Assembly (NCBI GenBank): GCA_035576505.1
Contig: DATLWH010000298.1
Coordinates: 1 to 37,641, forward strand
Direction of reading: 5' to 3'
Source: Thermoanaerobaculia bacterium
GTDB lineage: Bacteria; Acidobacteriota; Thermoanaerobaculia; Gp7-AA8
DNA: 37,641 nucleotides
Shown: positions 23,501-32,100 of the stretch, in pieces
How the letters are laid out: every line of letters starts with the position of its first letter
Numbering within the stretch: position 1 is the stretch's first letter
Translations under genes and position numbers: made by a program
Notes under the pieces: generated by a model
Told to the model about the DNA's origin: nothing
What the model saw: the letters and a program-made list of their open reading frames with translations, nothing else
Databases searched by the model: none

Positions 23501-26159
23501 ACAGATTCTCGGCGGTGGCGAGAGGCCGGAGGACTGCTACCGCGGAGTGATCGTAAAGAAAACAAAGACAGGGGACGGTGCCGAGGGCGAGACCGGCATC
23601 CAGGCTCTCATTGATCGGAAGGAGCTCTCCAAGCTGGCGGAACTGTGGGTATCCGGCGCGACAATCGATTGGCGCTTGCTCTATGAACTGGGCGTGCCGA
23701 TGCGTATCTCCGCTCCCACATATCCGTTTGCGAGGGAGCGTCATTGGGTTCAGGGCCTGGAAGGGAATATAGCCAGGGAGGCAAACCAGACGGCCACGAT
23801 TGGTGCGGCGCGCCTGCACCCTCTCGTACACCGCAATGCGTCCACTTTCGAAGAACAGAAATTCTCGACTCGTTTTTCCGGAGACGAGTTCTACTTCACG
23901 GATCACGTCGTCGGGACGCAGAAGATTCTGCCTGGTGTCGCCTATCTGGAGATGGCCAGGGCCGCGGGCGAGATGGCAGCGAATGCGAACGTTCGCGTCA
24001 TTCGAAACCTCGTCTGGGAGAGGCCTCTTATCGTAGGAAACGACGCGACGGAGGTAGAGGTCTCGCTCACGCCGGCTAAGAACGAGGTCATGTTTGCGGT
24101 AAGGACCGTCGGCGGGGATCACGCGATCACGCACTGCACCGGAAGACTGGGATATGAAGTGAACAGCCCCGCGCCGGAACGGCTGGATATCGCCGGGATC
24201 CAGGAGCGCTGTTCTGAGCGGGTGATGTCGCATCAGGAGCTCTATTCTTTTCTGGGCGGGTTAGGGCTGAATTTGGGCAAGGGGTTTCAAATCGTCCGGA
24301 GCATTTGCGCCACTGAGACCGAGTCGCTCGCAATCCTGGAGTTGCCCGAGCACCTGAAAGGCGAGGCAGGGCAGTTCTGGCTGCACCCCGCCTTGATGGA
24401 TGGTTCCCTCCATACCGCGATCGGGCTGATGAAGGCGAACGGAATGGTCGTCCCGCTGAGCCTTCCGTATTCGGTAGGGGAAGTGCAGATCATCCATCCC
24501 CTCCGTGACCTCCACTACGGATACGCAACGTGGGGATTGGATTCCAAGGGCAATCCGGACCGGCAGAAGGTCGCCTTCTACCTTCTTGACAAGAATGGGA
24601 CAGTCCTGGTGCGGCTGAAGGATTTTGTGAACAAGCCGTTACCGCAGAGCGCAACGAACAGTCGGCCTTCCGGGGAGAGCTATTCTAAAGCCGCTCAAGC
24701 CCAGGAAGAGCTCAAGGCTTTCCTTCCGGTTTGGAATCCCGTGCGTTTCGAGCCGAACGCGGGGGTCGTTCTCCCGGAGTCGAACAATATCCTCATGATG
24801 GGCAATCGCGCTCAATTTGATTGGGTCAGGACGTCGTATCCGAATGCGCAACTCCTGGAGTTAACTGCCGCCTCAAGCGTCGACATCATTGTGATGGAAC
24901 TCGGCGATCGTTCGTTCGATCAGTTGCTATGGGTTGCGCCCGACGCGACCTTCGGGACTGACCATCAGAGCGACGGCAATGAGCTGATCATCGAACAGCA
25001 GGAAGAAGGGGTCCTCGCCATTTTCCGCATCATTAAGGCCCTGCTGCGTCTGGGGTATGCCAACAAAAACCTCCAATGGACGATCGTCACGTGCAGGACG
25101 CAGCTGGTTACGAAGGCTGATGCAATACAACCCGTTCATGCCGGGATCGTCGGCTTGGTGGGTAGTCTGGCGAAAGAATACCCCCATTGGGATCTGAGGC
25201 TGCTGGACGTGGATTCGCCGGCGTCCATTTCCGCTCGTGAATGCCTGTCGCTGCCGTGGGACAAGCAAGGCGACGCGCTGGCGCATCGTCATGGCGAATG
25301 GTTCCAGCAAGGACTGGCACTCGTCGCGGCGCTGGAGGAGACGAAGCCCGCATATCGGCAAAAAGGAGTCTACGTGGTGATCGGAGGAGCGGGTGGTGTG
25401 GGCGAAGTGTGGAGTCGCTTCATGATCGAGAACTTTCAGGCAAACATGGTCTGGATCGGGCGGCGCGAGTACAACGCGGCTATCGAAGCGAAGATCAACG
25501 CCCTATCCAAGCTGGGTCCGGCTCCGCTGTACATTTCGGCTGACGCGACGAACCTTGGCGCGCTGGCGCAGGCCCGCAAAACGCTGTTGGAAATTCATCC
25601 TGTCATTCATGGAGTCGTCCACTCGGCCATCGTTCTGCGAGACCAGAGCCTTTCCCGCATGGACGAATCGGCATTCAGAGCCAGCCTGTCTGCCAAGGTC
25701 GACGTCAGCGTGAACATTGACCGCGTGTTCGGTAAGGACGAGCTGGATTTCATGCTGTTCTTCTCCAGCATCATTTCTGTCGTCAAATCACCAGGGCAGT
25801 CCAACTACGCAGCCGGCTGCACCTTCAAGGATAGTTTCGCGCACACGTTGCAGCAACAGCGCCCTTACGCGGTGAAGATCATGAACTGGGGATACTGGGG
25901 CAATGTTGGCGTCGTCGCGGATGAAACTTATAACAGAATCATGCGGCAGATGGGCATCGGCTCCATCGAGCCGCACGAGGGTATGGCATCACTGCAAACC
26001 CTGATCGGCTCCGGGTTGCGTCAGATGGCATTGATCAAAACGCTCAATAGCCAGGCGACCACTGGCCTCAATCTGACTGAGGCGATCACGTTCCACCCGA
26101 CGACGATGCCAACGGTGCTGCCACGGGCACAGCAAGTACTCATGACACCGTCGGTCTGA
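14262..26159 (+). CDS. Trans-AT polyketide synthase, 3965 aa: ACP0 - DUF2156-like - TnaA/TPL-like PLP domain - KS1 - DH - KR - ACP1 - KS2 - DH - KR. It ends mid-module.
   Basis: It is a single long ORF with no AT domains. The domain motifs are listed in the domain-level features below. Confidence 0.97.
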   Translation: MTQQELHRDLTESYLKSLIAEVCDSLSSDFDSSTAFGELGIDSFYVLKIVRRLEADFGTLPKSLLFEHFRISELANYFVTKHAQTINAKFAAELEGAVSPALGGGRQLELVAPMEIVKVAPVKARTSVEQKPLRILESKARTHPKIGPLVRELYDRYKYEGTASRGTRKIAPNLFIGGSRRGYFNYGRSKDIILVYGYSGAQDYLPTLREEMSGYCDANGLQLNFFSDGEIPPIAGRSFSATPFGVMQRIVNLKEFSLEGGAMRRLRYQVSKFQKAGVARTEEYRSGTRPDTDQDIARVIDRWCEGKTMVNPLVHEVKGEILAGTLPAEQRLFLTYLDEVLQNVILVDEMSPEINGYLMDLEFYPPEMPMGGLDLAIVQIVAILAAEGRDVLSLGGTYGVKIEPSATADPELDKLLDNLREQNIFNDESNLQFKNKFRPLTMPIFLCRPIGSGNPDNILDIIMMIADPERMQTPDEETDTFGDTAPPEVATVIAEPVARRSMAVAAALASADQVIEGNDRSSVLAEFGFNPLNIPHEHVAIDLKTDSWAQLEMPAIAAQMKHLHSRLQQPASVDDSLRAVFPFPHFVLTTSGQAAESIFFKTWPKKGVVPQNLLFPSTIFHQIDKGFTPRELPHPAVFQLNAREPYKGNMDLDALQALVAQDPAAIACVCIDVGNNASGGQPVSLQHLRDVRALLAAHSIPLVIDGTRVMENAQFLIEQGKECGGKSIWAVVREIFSCADAVIGSLTKDFCVNKGGIVAINDIKLFQRLQEVVLEEGAGLDLIDAKLIALSLQKRKHIEAKVLRRMEGVRLIWQALAERGVPVAQPAGGHCILIDVKQIPEFRALGNPVASFLAWLYLNTGIRAGAHSVGMQKRTPINDLVRLAIPVGLKREQIDNVIDRLVDAFGKKTNIPEIVIESSVPQPLGSVYAKFRLEKYHHVSGGIAAGTDAAPSSVAGPSPVSPEPAEVSSPGEAVVVDSVPAETPSAPTPMNARPRRAHNVAIVGMAGRYPKAGNVRELWENLAGGRDCIEEIPAERHERRLQHGSNERYRGGFIDGVDKFDSLFFNISPREAEMLDPQERLFLEVAWEAIEDAGYFPEILAREDTSRTIGVFVGAVWAMYQVVGVDEQRAGNEVAPNSFLWSIANRVSYWMNLSGPSLTVDTACSSSLTALYLACEAIQAGECSAAIVGGVNLDLHPAKLDINKIGGALSPDGVCRTFGKGANGYVAGEGIGALLLKPLDHAELDRDHIYGVIKGAVVNHGGRTSGYFVPNPSAQSNVIQSALLKANVAAGSIGYIEAHGTGTELGDPIEISGLNSAFSGDKVENQTCAIGSIKSNIGHLEAAAGVVAVSKVLLQMTHRQLVPSLHSSEPNEHIDFEHSPFYVVQKLEEWKAKEVDGVRLPLRAGISSFGAGGANAHIILESYEPAGQATEEPAMPSDLIFPLSARNEDQLRDAAVRLAQFLRQNRVDLRDAAYTLQQGRKSFEQRLAIIAKTQEELIEKLTLVIDQQRGDGIVAGHVKLAESVTRLLNRSERQEFVRMLSAGRDPHKIAALWAEGLLTDWQGFQSKGTEKRISLPTYPFAGKRHWIGDPSAVRRALQPVAGTHPMVDTNESTFERQLFKKTFHDRDFFIYDHLVSDIPTLPGVAYLELARVAGEIAAGRPVRRIQNILWVSPIVVENSIPKEVFIELKPSGDAVQFEVFSESAEGVRLLHSQGRLLYTNRPESSADPEFVDLDAIRARCAKGIDGKSAYPLFKSVGLSLGPSFQVLQEIYQSDTEVLGILKLPEFRQPDLQSMVLHPSLIDGSLQAGMAARLGASIGEMLVPYSIGEVEILHPLQSLCYSYTTEAGGKKGSRVLKSNVLILDETGKVLARIRESTGVPLGDVNKKSDRDAAEAGDAKVYYSYEWGKAPLTAGSPSRNAPQSILLFDTQETLRDLYQVRLTEAGATTAQIILVQPAASFRELDALSYEINPQSRDDFTLLFESLAERKCPIDEICFAWPVEHVDFRDEQLRGEALERGVFSFLFLCQSVIQAKLEGKVQLLYLYAARPDEAQPQNEAMSAFVKTLKGEYPRLLCKALEIRQEMGGYGQIVDAVWAELRARTEDASVVRYEAQERFTRRLTAFDFEETDGPPSSEGSHLREKGVYLITGGAGGLGLIFAEFLAKQYKARLILTGRSALSAEREAELEALRGYGAEVIYLLADVSSLDDVRTMVSESKSRFGEINGLIHAAGVVRDSYIRNKTPDEMSEVFAPKVHGTLHLDETTRNEALDFFVMFSSLAAVTGNVGQCDYSFANHFMDSFAADRERLRVQGERSGKTLSINWSLWAGGGMKPDEQTELLLRKAMGMKPLSAAAGIEAFVLGLASGRSQFAVLEGNAEKLELALGGRKKEPAPSPPPSSDHAAAAVVAAEGDRDLRELVQNDLSKIVMGLLKLDAADLSADKILLDLGFDSIGLTTFANAVNDKLQLDITPILFFDYPSIGEIATHLADERRSELHHFYRGSAAPSAGTPLPAALQAKIVAAESLSATFTPKKGWDPAAFDREASDRKAIPTASGEDVSAELRFVNKPMAIVGMSGVMPQSADLEEFWDNLKNSKDLVTVIPPDRWRWEDYFGDPLKEANKSNSKWGAFMKEIDKFDPLFFGISPREAQMMDPQQRIFLEQVWKAVEDSGQKVSQLAGTKTGIFVGVATNDYLEVITGGGAVLDGYSASGNSHAILANRVSFLLGLRGPSAPLDTACSSSLVAMHRAIESIHSGSCEMAIVGGVQVMLSPAAYISFSSAGMLSPDGKCKTFDKRANGYVRGEGCGAVFIKSLAAAEADGNHIYAVIKATAENHGGRVTAMTAPNASAQAELLIEAYEKGHLDPGTVGYIECHGTGTSLGDPIETQALSKAFAELYKRHGKAPADTPHCGLSSVKTNMGHLETAAGIAGILKALLAIKHQQIPANIHLEEVNPYINLKRTPFYIADKLTSWKAPVSVDGSPAPRTAGVSSFGFGGANAHVVLQEYLAPLRQSLSAACEPRLIVLSAKTEDRLLAYMQSIHSYLERLDVELIDLAYTLQIGRDEMPARLALVVSSTEELKQKLGQILGGGERPEDCYRGVIVKKTKTGDGAEGETGIQALIDRKELSKLAELWVSGATIDWRLLYELGVPMRISAPTYPFARERHWVQGLEGNIAREANQTATIGAARLHPLVHRNASTFEEQKFSTRFSGDEFYFTDHVVGTQKILPGVAYLEMARAAGEMAANANVRVIRNLVWERPLIVGNDATEVEVSLTPAKNEVMFAVRTVGGDHAITHCTGRLGYEVNSPAPERLDIAGIQERCSERVMSHQELYSFLGGLGLNLGKGFQIVRSICATETESLAILELPEHLKGEAGQFWLHPALMDGSLHTAIGLMKANGMVVPLSLPYSVGEVQIIHPLRDLHYGYATWGLDSKGNPDRQKVAFYLLDKNGTVLVRLKDFVNKPLPQSATNSRPSGESYSKAAQAQEELKAFLPVWNPVRFEPNAGVVLPESNNILMMGNRAQFDWVRTSYPNAQLLELTAASSVDIIVMELGDRSFDQLLWVAPDATFGTDHQSDGNELIIEQQEEGVLAIFRIIKALLRLGYANKNLQWTIVTCRTQLVTKADAIQPVHAGIVGLVGSLAKEYPHWDLRLLDVDSPASISARECLSLPWDKQGDALAHRHGEWFQQGLALVAALEETKPAYRQKGVYVVIGGAGGVGEVWSRFMIENFQANMVWIGRREYNAAIEAKINALSKLGPAPLYISADATNLGALAQARKTLLEIHPVIHGVVHSAIVLRDQSLSRMDESAFRASLSAKVDVSVNIDRVFGKDELDFMLFFSSIISVVKSPGQSNYAAGCTFKDSFAHTLQQQRPYAVKIMNWGYWGNVGVVADETYNRIMRQMGIGSIEPHEGMASLQTLIGSGLRQMALIKTLNSQATTGLNLTEAITFHPTTMPTVLPRAQQVLMTPSV
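14660..15610 (+). other. DUF2156 / LPG_synthase_C-like domain (MprF C-terminal / VlmA-type aminoacyl-tRNA-dependent transferase fold).
   Basis: NLFIGGSRRGYFNYGRSKDIILVYG, EFSLEGGAMRRLRYQVSKFQKAGV and the terminal NLQFKNKFRP resemble the conserved blocks of the MprF C-domain family as I recall them. No HMM search was run. Confidence 0.65.
15816..16990 (+). other. Tryptophanase / tyrosine phenol-lyase-like PLP-dependent beta-eliminating lyase domain.
   Basis: Blocks align with E. coli TnaA as I recall it. They are FNPLNIPHEHVAIDLKTDS, YKGNMDLDALQALV, NNASGGQPVSLQHLRDV...IPLVIDGTRVMENAQFLIEQ and GGHCILIDVKQ...GIRAGAHS...LVRLAIP. The block ADAVIGSLTKDFCVNKGGIV carries the PLP Lys candidate, codon 16503-16505. 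Confidence 0.75.
17256..18530 (+). other. KS1, with the catalytic triad intact.
   Basis: The motifs are VAIVGMAGRYP, DTACSSS (Cys codon 17751-17753), EAHGTGT, SNIGHLEAAAG and GGANAHIILE. Confidence 0.95.
19070..19900 (+). other. DH1, a dehydratase domain.
   Basis: The motifs are HPMV..., YDHLVSDIPTLPGVAYLE and HPSLIDGSLQ. Confidence 0.8.
19960..21400 (+). other. KR1, a ketoreductase domain.
   Basis: The Rossmann motif is GVYLITGGAGGLG. Also present are HAAGVVRD and SSLAAVTGNVGQCDYSFAN. Confidence 0.85.
21494..21725 (+). other. ACP1.
   Basis: The motif is LLDLGFDSIGLTTFANAV. Confidence 0.9.
21940..23270 (+). other. KS2, with the catalytic triad intact.
   Basis: The motifs are MAIVGMSGVMPQS, DTACSSS (Cys codon 22464-22466), ECHGTGT, TNMGHLETAAG and GGANAHVVLQE. 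Confidence 0.95.
23815..24640 (+). other. DH2, a dehydratase domain.
   Basis: The motifs are LHPLVHRN, TDHVVGTQKILPGVAYLE and HPALMDGSLH. Confidence 0.8.
24715..26040 (+). other. KR2, a ketoreductase at the C-terminus of the protein with no following ACP.
   Basis: The motifs are GVYVVIGGAGGVG, HSAIVLRD and SSIISVVKSPGQSNYAAG. Confidence 0.85.
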
Positions 26160-26199
26160 CGGCCCACCGAAGTTCCTGCACACCAACAGAATCCATCCA

Positions 26200-29100
26200 A
26201 TGGCCTATACCATCGCGGCTCTCGAAGCTGAATTGCCAAGCACGGAGATGAATGACCTGACGGCGGAGATTCTTGCGGCCAGTCTGAAGTCCGTCGGTCT
26301 TTTCAGCGATGGAGTTCACGTGATTACCGACCTTACCCTCGACAAGCAGCCAGCGGAATATTACGAGCGCTGGCTGAGCAGCAGCATCGGCTATTTGCAG
26401 CAACAGAACCTGCTTGCTGACGATCTTACGTTCAAGCTCGGTGTGAGGTCACTCGCTGAGCTTTGGAATGAGTGGGAGGCGAAGGTCTCGGCATGGGCAA
26501 GCAATCCCAACCAACAGTCGCAGAGTGTTTTATTGAAGGCCTGTCTCGAAGGCTTGCCAGCGGTTCTGAGCGGAAAGCGACCCGCGACAGATGTCATGTT
26601 TCCAAATTCCTCGATGCGCCTGGTCGAAGGTCTCTATCGTGGTAACCCCCAAGCGGACTATTTCAATGACATCCTCGGCGCAACCTTGAGCGTCTGCATC
26701 GAACAGCTGCTGGAAGCAGATCCGGAGCACAGGATACGCGTTCTGGAAATCGGCGCCGGCACGGGTGGTACGACGGCGACCCTCTTGCCGATACTACGCA
26801 AATACCCAGTTGAGGAATACTGCTATTCGGACCTTTCCCAGGCTTTCCTGATGCACGGGAAAAGGAACTTCGAACCACAATTCCCAGCCCTGACCACGGC
26901 GATATTCGATGTCTCCAAACCGCTGGAATGGCAATCGATCGCCGCTAACCATTACGACTTTGTCATCGCCGCGAACGTACTGCACGCGACGCCCAATATC
27001 AGGGAGACCTTGCGTAATGCGAAGGCTATGCTAAAGAACCAGGGCGTGCTGCTGCTCAACGAAATCGCCGGGTGGACGTTGTTCAACCATCTGACCTTCG
27101 GCTTGTTGGAAGGGTGGTGGCTGTACGAGGATGCGGCGGTACGACTGCCTGGCAGTCCAGGTCTGTCGCCGGCAAAGTGGCGGGAGATTCTGACAGAGGA
27201 AGGATTTGAATCGATCATTCTGCCAGCCGCGGAAGCACATAAGTTCGGCCAGCAGATCGTTGCCGCGGTCAGTGACGGTTGGACGCGCCAGCGCGTCGTG
27301 AGGCACTTGCCGTCGCAGCGCTCCTCCGCCCCGACGCAGGCGGATGTCCAGAGCCTGGAGGTCGCTGCAACACAGGGAAGCCACACGGTGAAAGGCTCGG
27401 AAGAGCTCAGGCAGCGGAGGAGTTTCGAGTATACGCGCCAGATCGTTACCGCGAAGTTGTCCGAGGCGCTGCGAATGGATGTCGCGGCGATCCGCGACGA
27501 TGCGTCATTCGCGGACTATGGCGTTGACTCCATCGTAGGCGTCAATCTCGTTCGTACGATCAGTGAGGCGCTGCGGATCGAGTTGGAGACGACGAGCCTC
27601 TTCGAATACAGCACTGTCGAGCAGTTGAGCCAGCACATCCTCGAAAACTGGCACGACCAGATTACCGCGCAGGTGGCGCAGCCTCAGGGTACTTCGGAAG
27701 CGCCCGCGCGGGTAGCCGAAGATGCGTCGCCCGCCGAGGCCGAAACACGTTCGGAGCACCGTTTCACTGGAAATACCCGATTGTCCAATGTGCGACATGG
27801 GTTCGATGTCGAGGATGAGAACGAGTTGGACACATTCGCTCCCGCTCCCATCGCTATTATCGGGATGAGCGGACGATTTGCGGAGTCGGAGTCACTCGAC
27901 GCTTTCTGGAAGCATCTCGCGCAAGGCGATGATCTGGTGAAACCAGTTTCCCGCTGGAGCCCGGCGGATTGCGTGACGTCAGGGTCCCCGGGCCAAGCGT
28001 ACTGCAGTCAGGGCAGTTTCATCGACTCTATCGATCAATTCGATCCGGATTTCTTCGGGATTTCCCCGCGCGACGCGACGTACATGGATCCGCAACAGCG
28101 CCTTTTCCTCGAGGAATCATGGAGAGCGCTGGAGGACGCAGGCTACGCCGGAAAGAGCGTGGGTGAGAATCGGTGCGGCGTCTATGTCGGCTGTGGAAGC
28201 TCCCACTACGACAACCTCACTGGGAAAGAGCCACCGCCGGAGGCATTTTGGGGAAATTCTCAGGCTGTTACGCCGGCGCGAATCGCATACAGCCTGAATC
28301 TGCACGGGCCCGCGATGGCGATCGATACGGCCTGCTCCAGTTCCCTCGTCGCCATCCATCTGGCTTGTCAGGGGCTATGGGCGGGAGAAACGGAGATGGC
28401 CTTGGCGGGGGGAGTCTTTTTACAGCCAACGCCCGGGTTCTATCAGGTCGCCAATCGTGCGGGCATGCTTTCGCCGGACGGCAAATGTTATAGCTTCGAC
28501 GCGAGAGCCAATGGCTTTGTACCCGGCGAAGGGGTTGGCGTCGTAGTACTCAAGCGCTTGCGGGACGCTCTGGCCGACGGGGACCACATCCATGGAGTGA
28601 TTGCGGGGAGCGGCATCAATCAGGACGGAAAATCGAACGGCCTGATCGCCCCGAATGGCCGCGCGCAGGAGCGGCTCGAGCGTGCGGTATATGACCGGTT
28701 CAAAATCAATCCGGAAACGATTCAGGTCGTCGAAGCGCACGGCACCGGGACGTCGTTAGGCGACTCGATCGAGTACGGAGCGATCACCCGTGCTTTTTGC
28801 CAATATACGAACCAGAAGCAATTCTGTGCCCTTGGCACGGTCAAAACGAACATCGGCCATGCCTCAACGGCCGCCGGCATCGCCGGTGTCCTGAAACTGC
28901 TGTTGTCGCTGAAGCACCGGCAGATTCCTCCTACTCTGCATTTCGCGAAAAGCAATTCAGCCATCGATCTCGAGTCCGGCCCGTTCTATGTCAACACGCA
29001 ACTGCAGCAATGGGCTGTGGAAGGAGATGAAATCCGGCGAGCGGCCATCAGCTCTTTCGGCTTCAGCGGTACGAATGCGCATTTGGTCATCGAAGAAGCT

Positions 29101-32100
29101 CCTTGGATCGAGCGCGCGGCCTTGGAGGCGCCGGCCAGCATGGTGGTGCTGTCGGCCAGGACCTCCGAGCAGCTGAGGCGCCACGTGACCAATCTTCTGA
29201 CGCATCTCGAGCGTACGCCCGGCCTGTCCATGACTGACGTGAGCTTCAGCCTGTTCGTTGGCCGTATGCATCTCACGCATCGCCTGGTTTGCATCGCCCG
29301 CGATCAGGACGAGCTGACTCGTCTTCTGCGGCAATGGGTCGAAACGGGCTCGGCGAGCCAGGTTTATGCAGCGGAGATTCTAGAGGCCAGAGTACGCGAA
29401 CAGGTTTCGCTGAAAAAATTCGGAAACTATTGCATCCAGGAATGCAAGGTCGCGAAGGATGCAGCCGGTTATCAGGAGAATCTGGCGGCCGTCGCCGAGC
29501 TTTATATCCAGGGATATTCGCTCGACTTTCCTGCCCTGTTTTCCGGAGACGCGAAGCGGATACCGTTGCCGACATACCCGTTTGCCCGGGAGCGCTACTG
29601 GGTTGATCCTGTTGGTGTGGGGTCGAAACCAGCGATCGTTGCCACGAGGGCACTTCGCCCGGAGCTCCGGATCAATATGCCGAGCATCGGCGAGCAGAGG
29701 CATGGCACGACCTTCACTGGGTCAGGTGGAGATCTTCGCGCGTCGGTCCAGGAGGAATTGTCGAACATAGCCACGGAGCTCCTGCACATCCCTGCCGGCG
29801 ACATTTCGCCGGACAGGATTTTGATAGATCTGGGATTCGACTCCATCGGCCTGACGAACTTCGCGAAGGCGATCAATGACAGGTTTCAACTCGACATCAC
29901 GCCGGTTCTTTTCTTCGACTACCCGGCTATCGGCGACATTGCGAAGTACCTGGCCGTAGAGTGGGAAAGCGACATTCGGCGAGCCCATCGGGAGAGCGCT
30001 CCCGCGACGCAGGTCGTCGCGGAGCCGGCGGTTTCGCATCTGTCGGCGCAGACCGGGCGAGCGGCTCCGAGTCTTTCTCCCGAACTTCGCTTTGTAAACG
30101 AGCCGATCGCAATCGTAGGTATCGCCGGCGTCATGCCGCAGTCGGAAGATCTCGACGCGCTTTGGGAAAATCTGCGCGACGCGAAGGATCTGGTCACCGA
30201 GATTCCGAGAGATCGCTGGAACTGGGAAGATTACTATGGCGATCCGCTCAGGGAGGTGAACAAGTCGAACTCCAAGTGGGGTGGGTTCATGAAGGAGGTC
30301 GACAAGTTCGACTCGCTGTTCTTTGGAATCTCCCCAAAAGAAGCGCAGATGATGGACCCGCAACAGCGGATCTTCCTGGAGACGGTGTGGAAGGCGATCG
30401 AGGATTCCGGGCAGAAGGTCTCCGATCTGGCGGGCACGAGGACCGGCCTCTTTGTAGGCGTCGGCTCAAATGATTACCTCGACCTCATGCGGCATCAGGA
30501 ATCCGTACTGGATGCCTACACGGCCTCGGGGAATGCCCACTCTGTTTTGGCGAATCGGGTTTCATATCTGCTCAATTTGCGGGGACCCAGCGCGCCGATC
30601 GATACGGCGTGTTCGAGCTCCTTGGTCGCCCTGCACAGAGCCGTTGAGTCAATTCACGCGCGAAGTTCGGACATGGCGATCGTGGGCGGCGTGCAGGTCA
30701 TTCTGAGCCCCGGCGGATACATTTCGTTCGGCATGGCCGGAATGTTGAGCAGCGACGGAAAATGCAAGACGTTCGACAAGCACGCCAATGGCTATGTGAG
30801 AGGAGAGGGTTGCGGAGCCGTGCTCCTAAAACCTCTGGTGGCCGCCGAGGCTGACGGGAATCATATCTACGCTGTCATCAAGGCGACATCGGAAAATCAC
30901 GGCGGGCGGGTGACGACGATGATCGCGCCGAATTCCGCTGCGCAGGCCGAGCTCCTCATCGAGGCCTATGACAAAGCCCAGATCGACCCCACGACTGTCG
31001 GCTACATTGAGTGCCACGGCACTGGAACCACTTTGGGGGACCCGATCGAGATACAAGCTCTGAGCAATGCCTTTTCCGAGTTGTACAAGACGTGCGATCG
31101 AGGCCCGGCGGATAGACCTCACTGCGGCGTGGGGACGATCAAGACCAACATCGGCCACCTGGAGACTGCCGCCGGCATCGCAGGCCTGCTGAAGGTCCTG
31201 CTGGCGATCGATCACAAACAGATTCCGGCGAACATTCACTTCGAAGAGCTCAATCCGTACATTCGGCTCGAGGGAACTCCGTTCTATGTCGTCGATACCC
31301 TTACGGCATGGGAAGCGGTAATGGGCGAGGATGGAGTACCGCTTCCGCGCAGAGCGGGCGTGAGCTCTTTCGGTTTTGGCGGAGCCAATGCGCATGCCGT
31401 CCTGGAGGAATATATCCCGCAACCACGGGAATCCGCCGCTTCCGTGAACGAGCCGCAGCTGATCGCTCTCTCCGCGAAAAATGACCTCGGCATCAGGGCA
31501 TACGTGCAGTCGCTGCGCACGTATCTCGACAAGCATGAGGTCGAACTAGCCGACCTTGCCTATACGCTCCAGGTCGGAAGAGACGAAATGCCGGAGAGGG
31601 TGGCATTCGTCGTCTCGGGCACGGAAGAGCTGAAGCGGCAGCTCGACCATTTTCTGAAGGGCGACGGGCAGACGGAAGGCCGCTGCCGAGCCACTGCCAC
31701 AAACAGCGGCGTTGAGGAAGCTGCCGTCCAAGCTGCTATCGAACGTAAGAATCTAGTCGAGCTGGCGGAGCTTTGGGTGTGCGGCGCGAAGATCGACTGG
31801 CGCTTGCTCTACAAGGCGGGTGTTCCGAGGCGCATCTCCGCTCCCACGTATCCTTTTGCCAGAGAGCGCCATTGGATTCGCAACGCGGAAGCGAAAATCC
31901 GGCGCGTTCCAGCACAGGCAGCTGCACGAGAAGAAGCCGAAGTCGCATTGCGCACGTTCGTGCCGGTTTGGAATCCAGCGCGCGTTGAGACGGGTAAACG
32001 GATCGTTGTACAGGACTCGGCCAAAGTGCTTCTCGTAGGAAGTGATCTTGTTCAACTGGATTGGGTGCGGAAGGCTTGTCCGCGCGCGGAGCTGGTGAAT

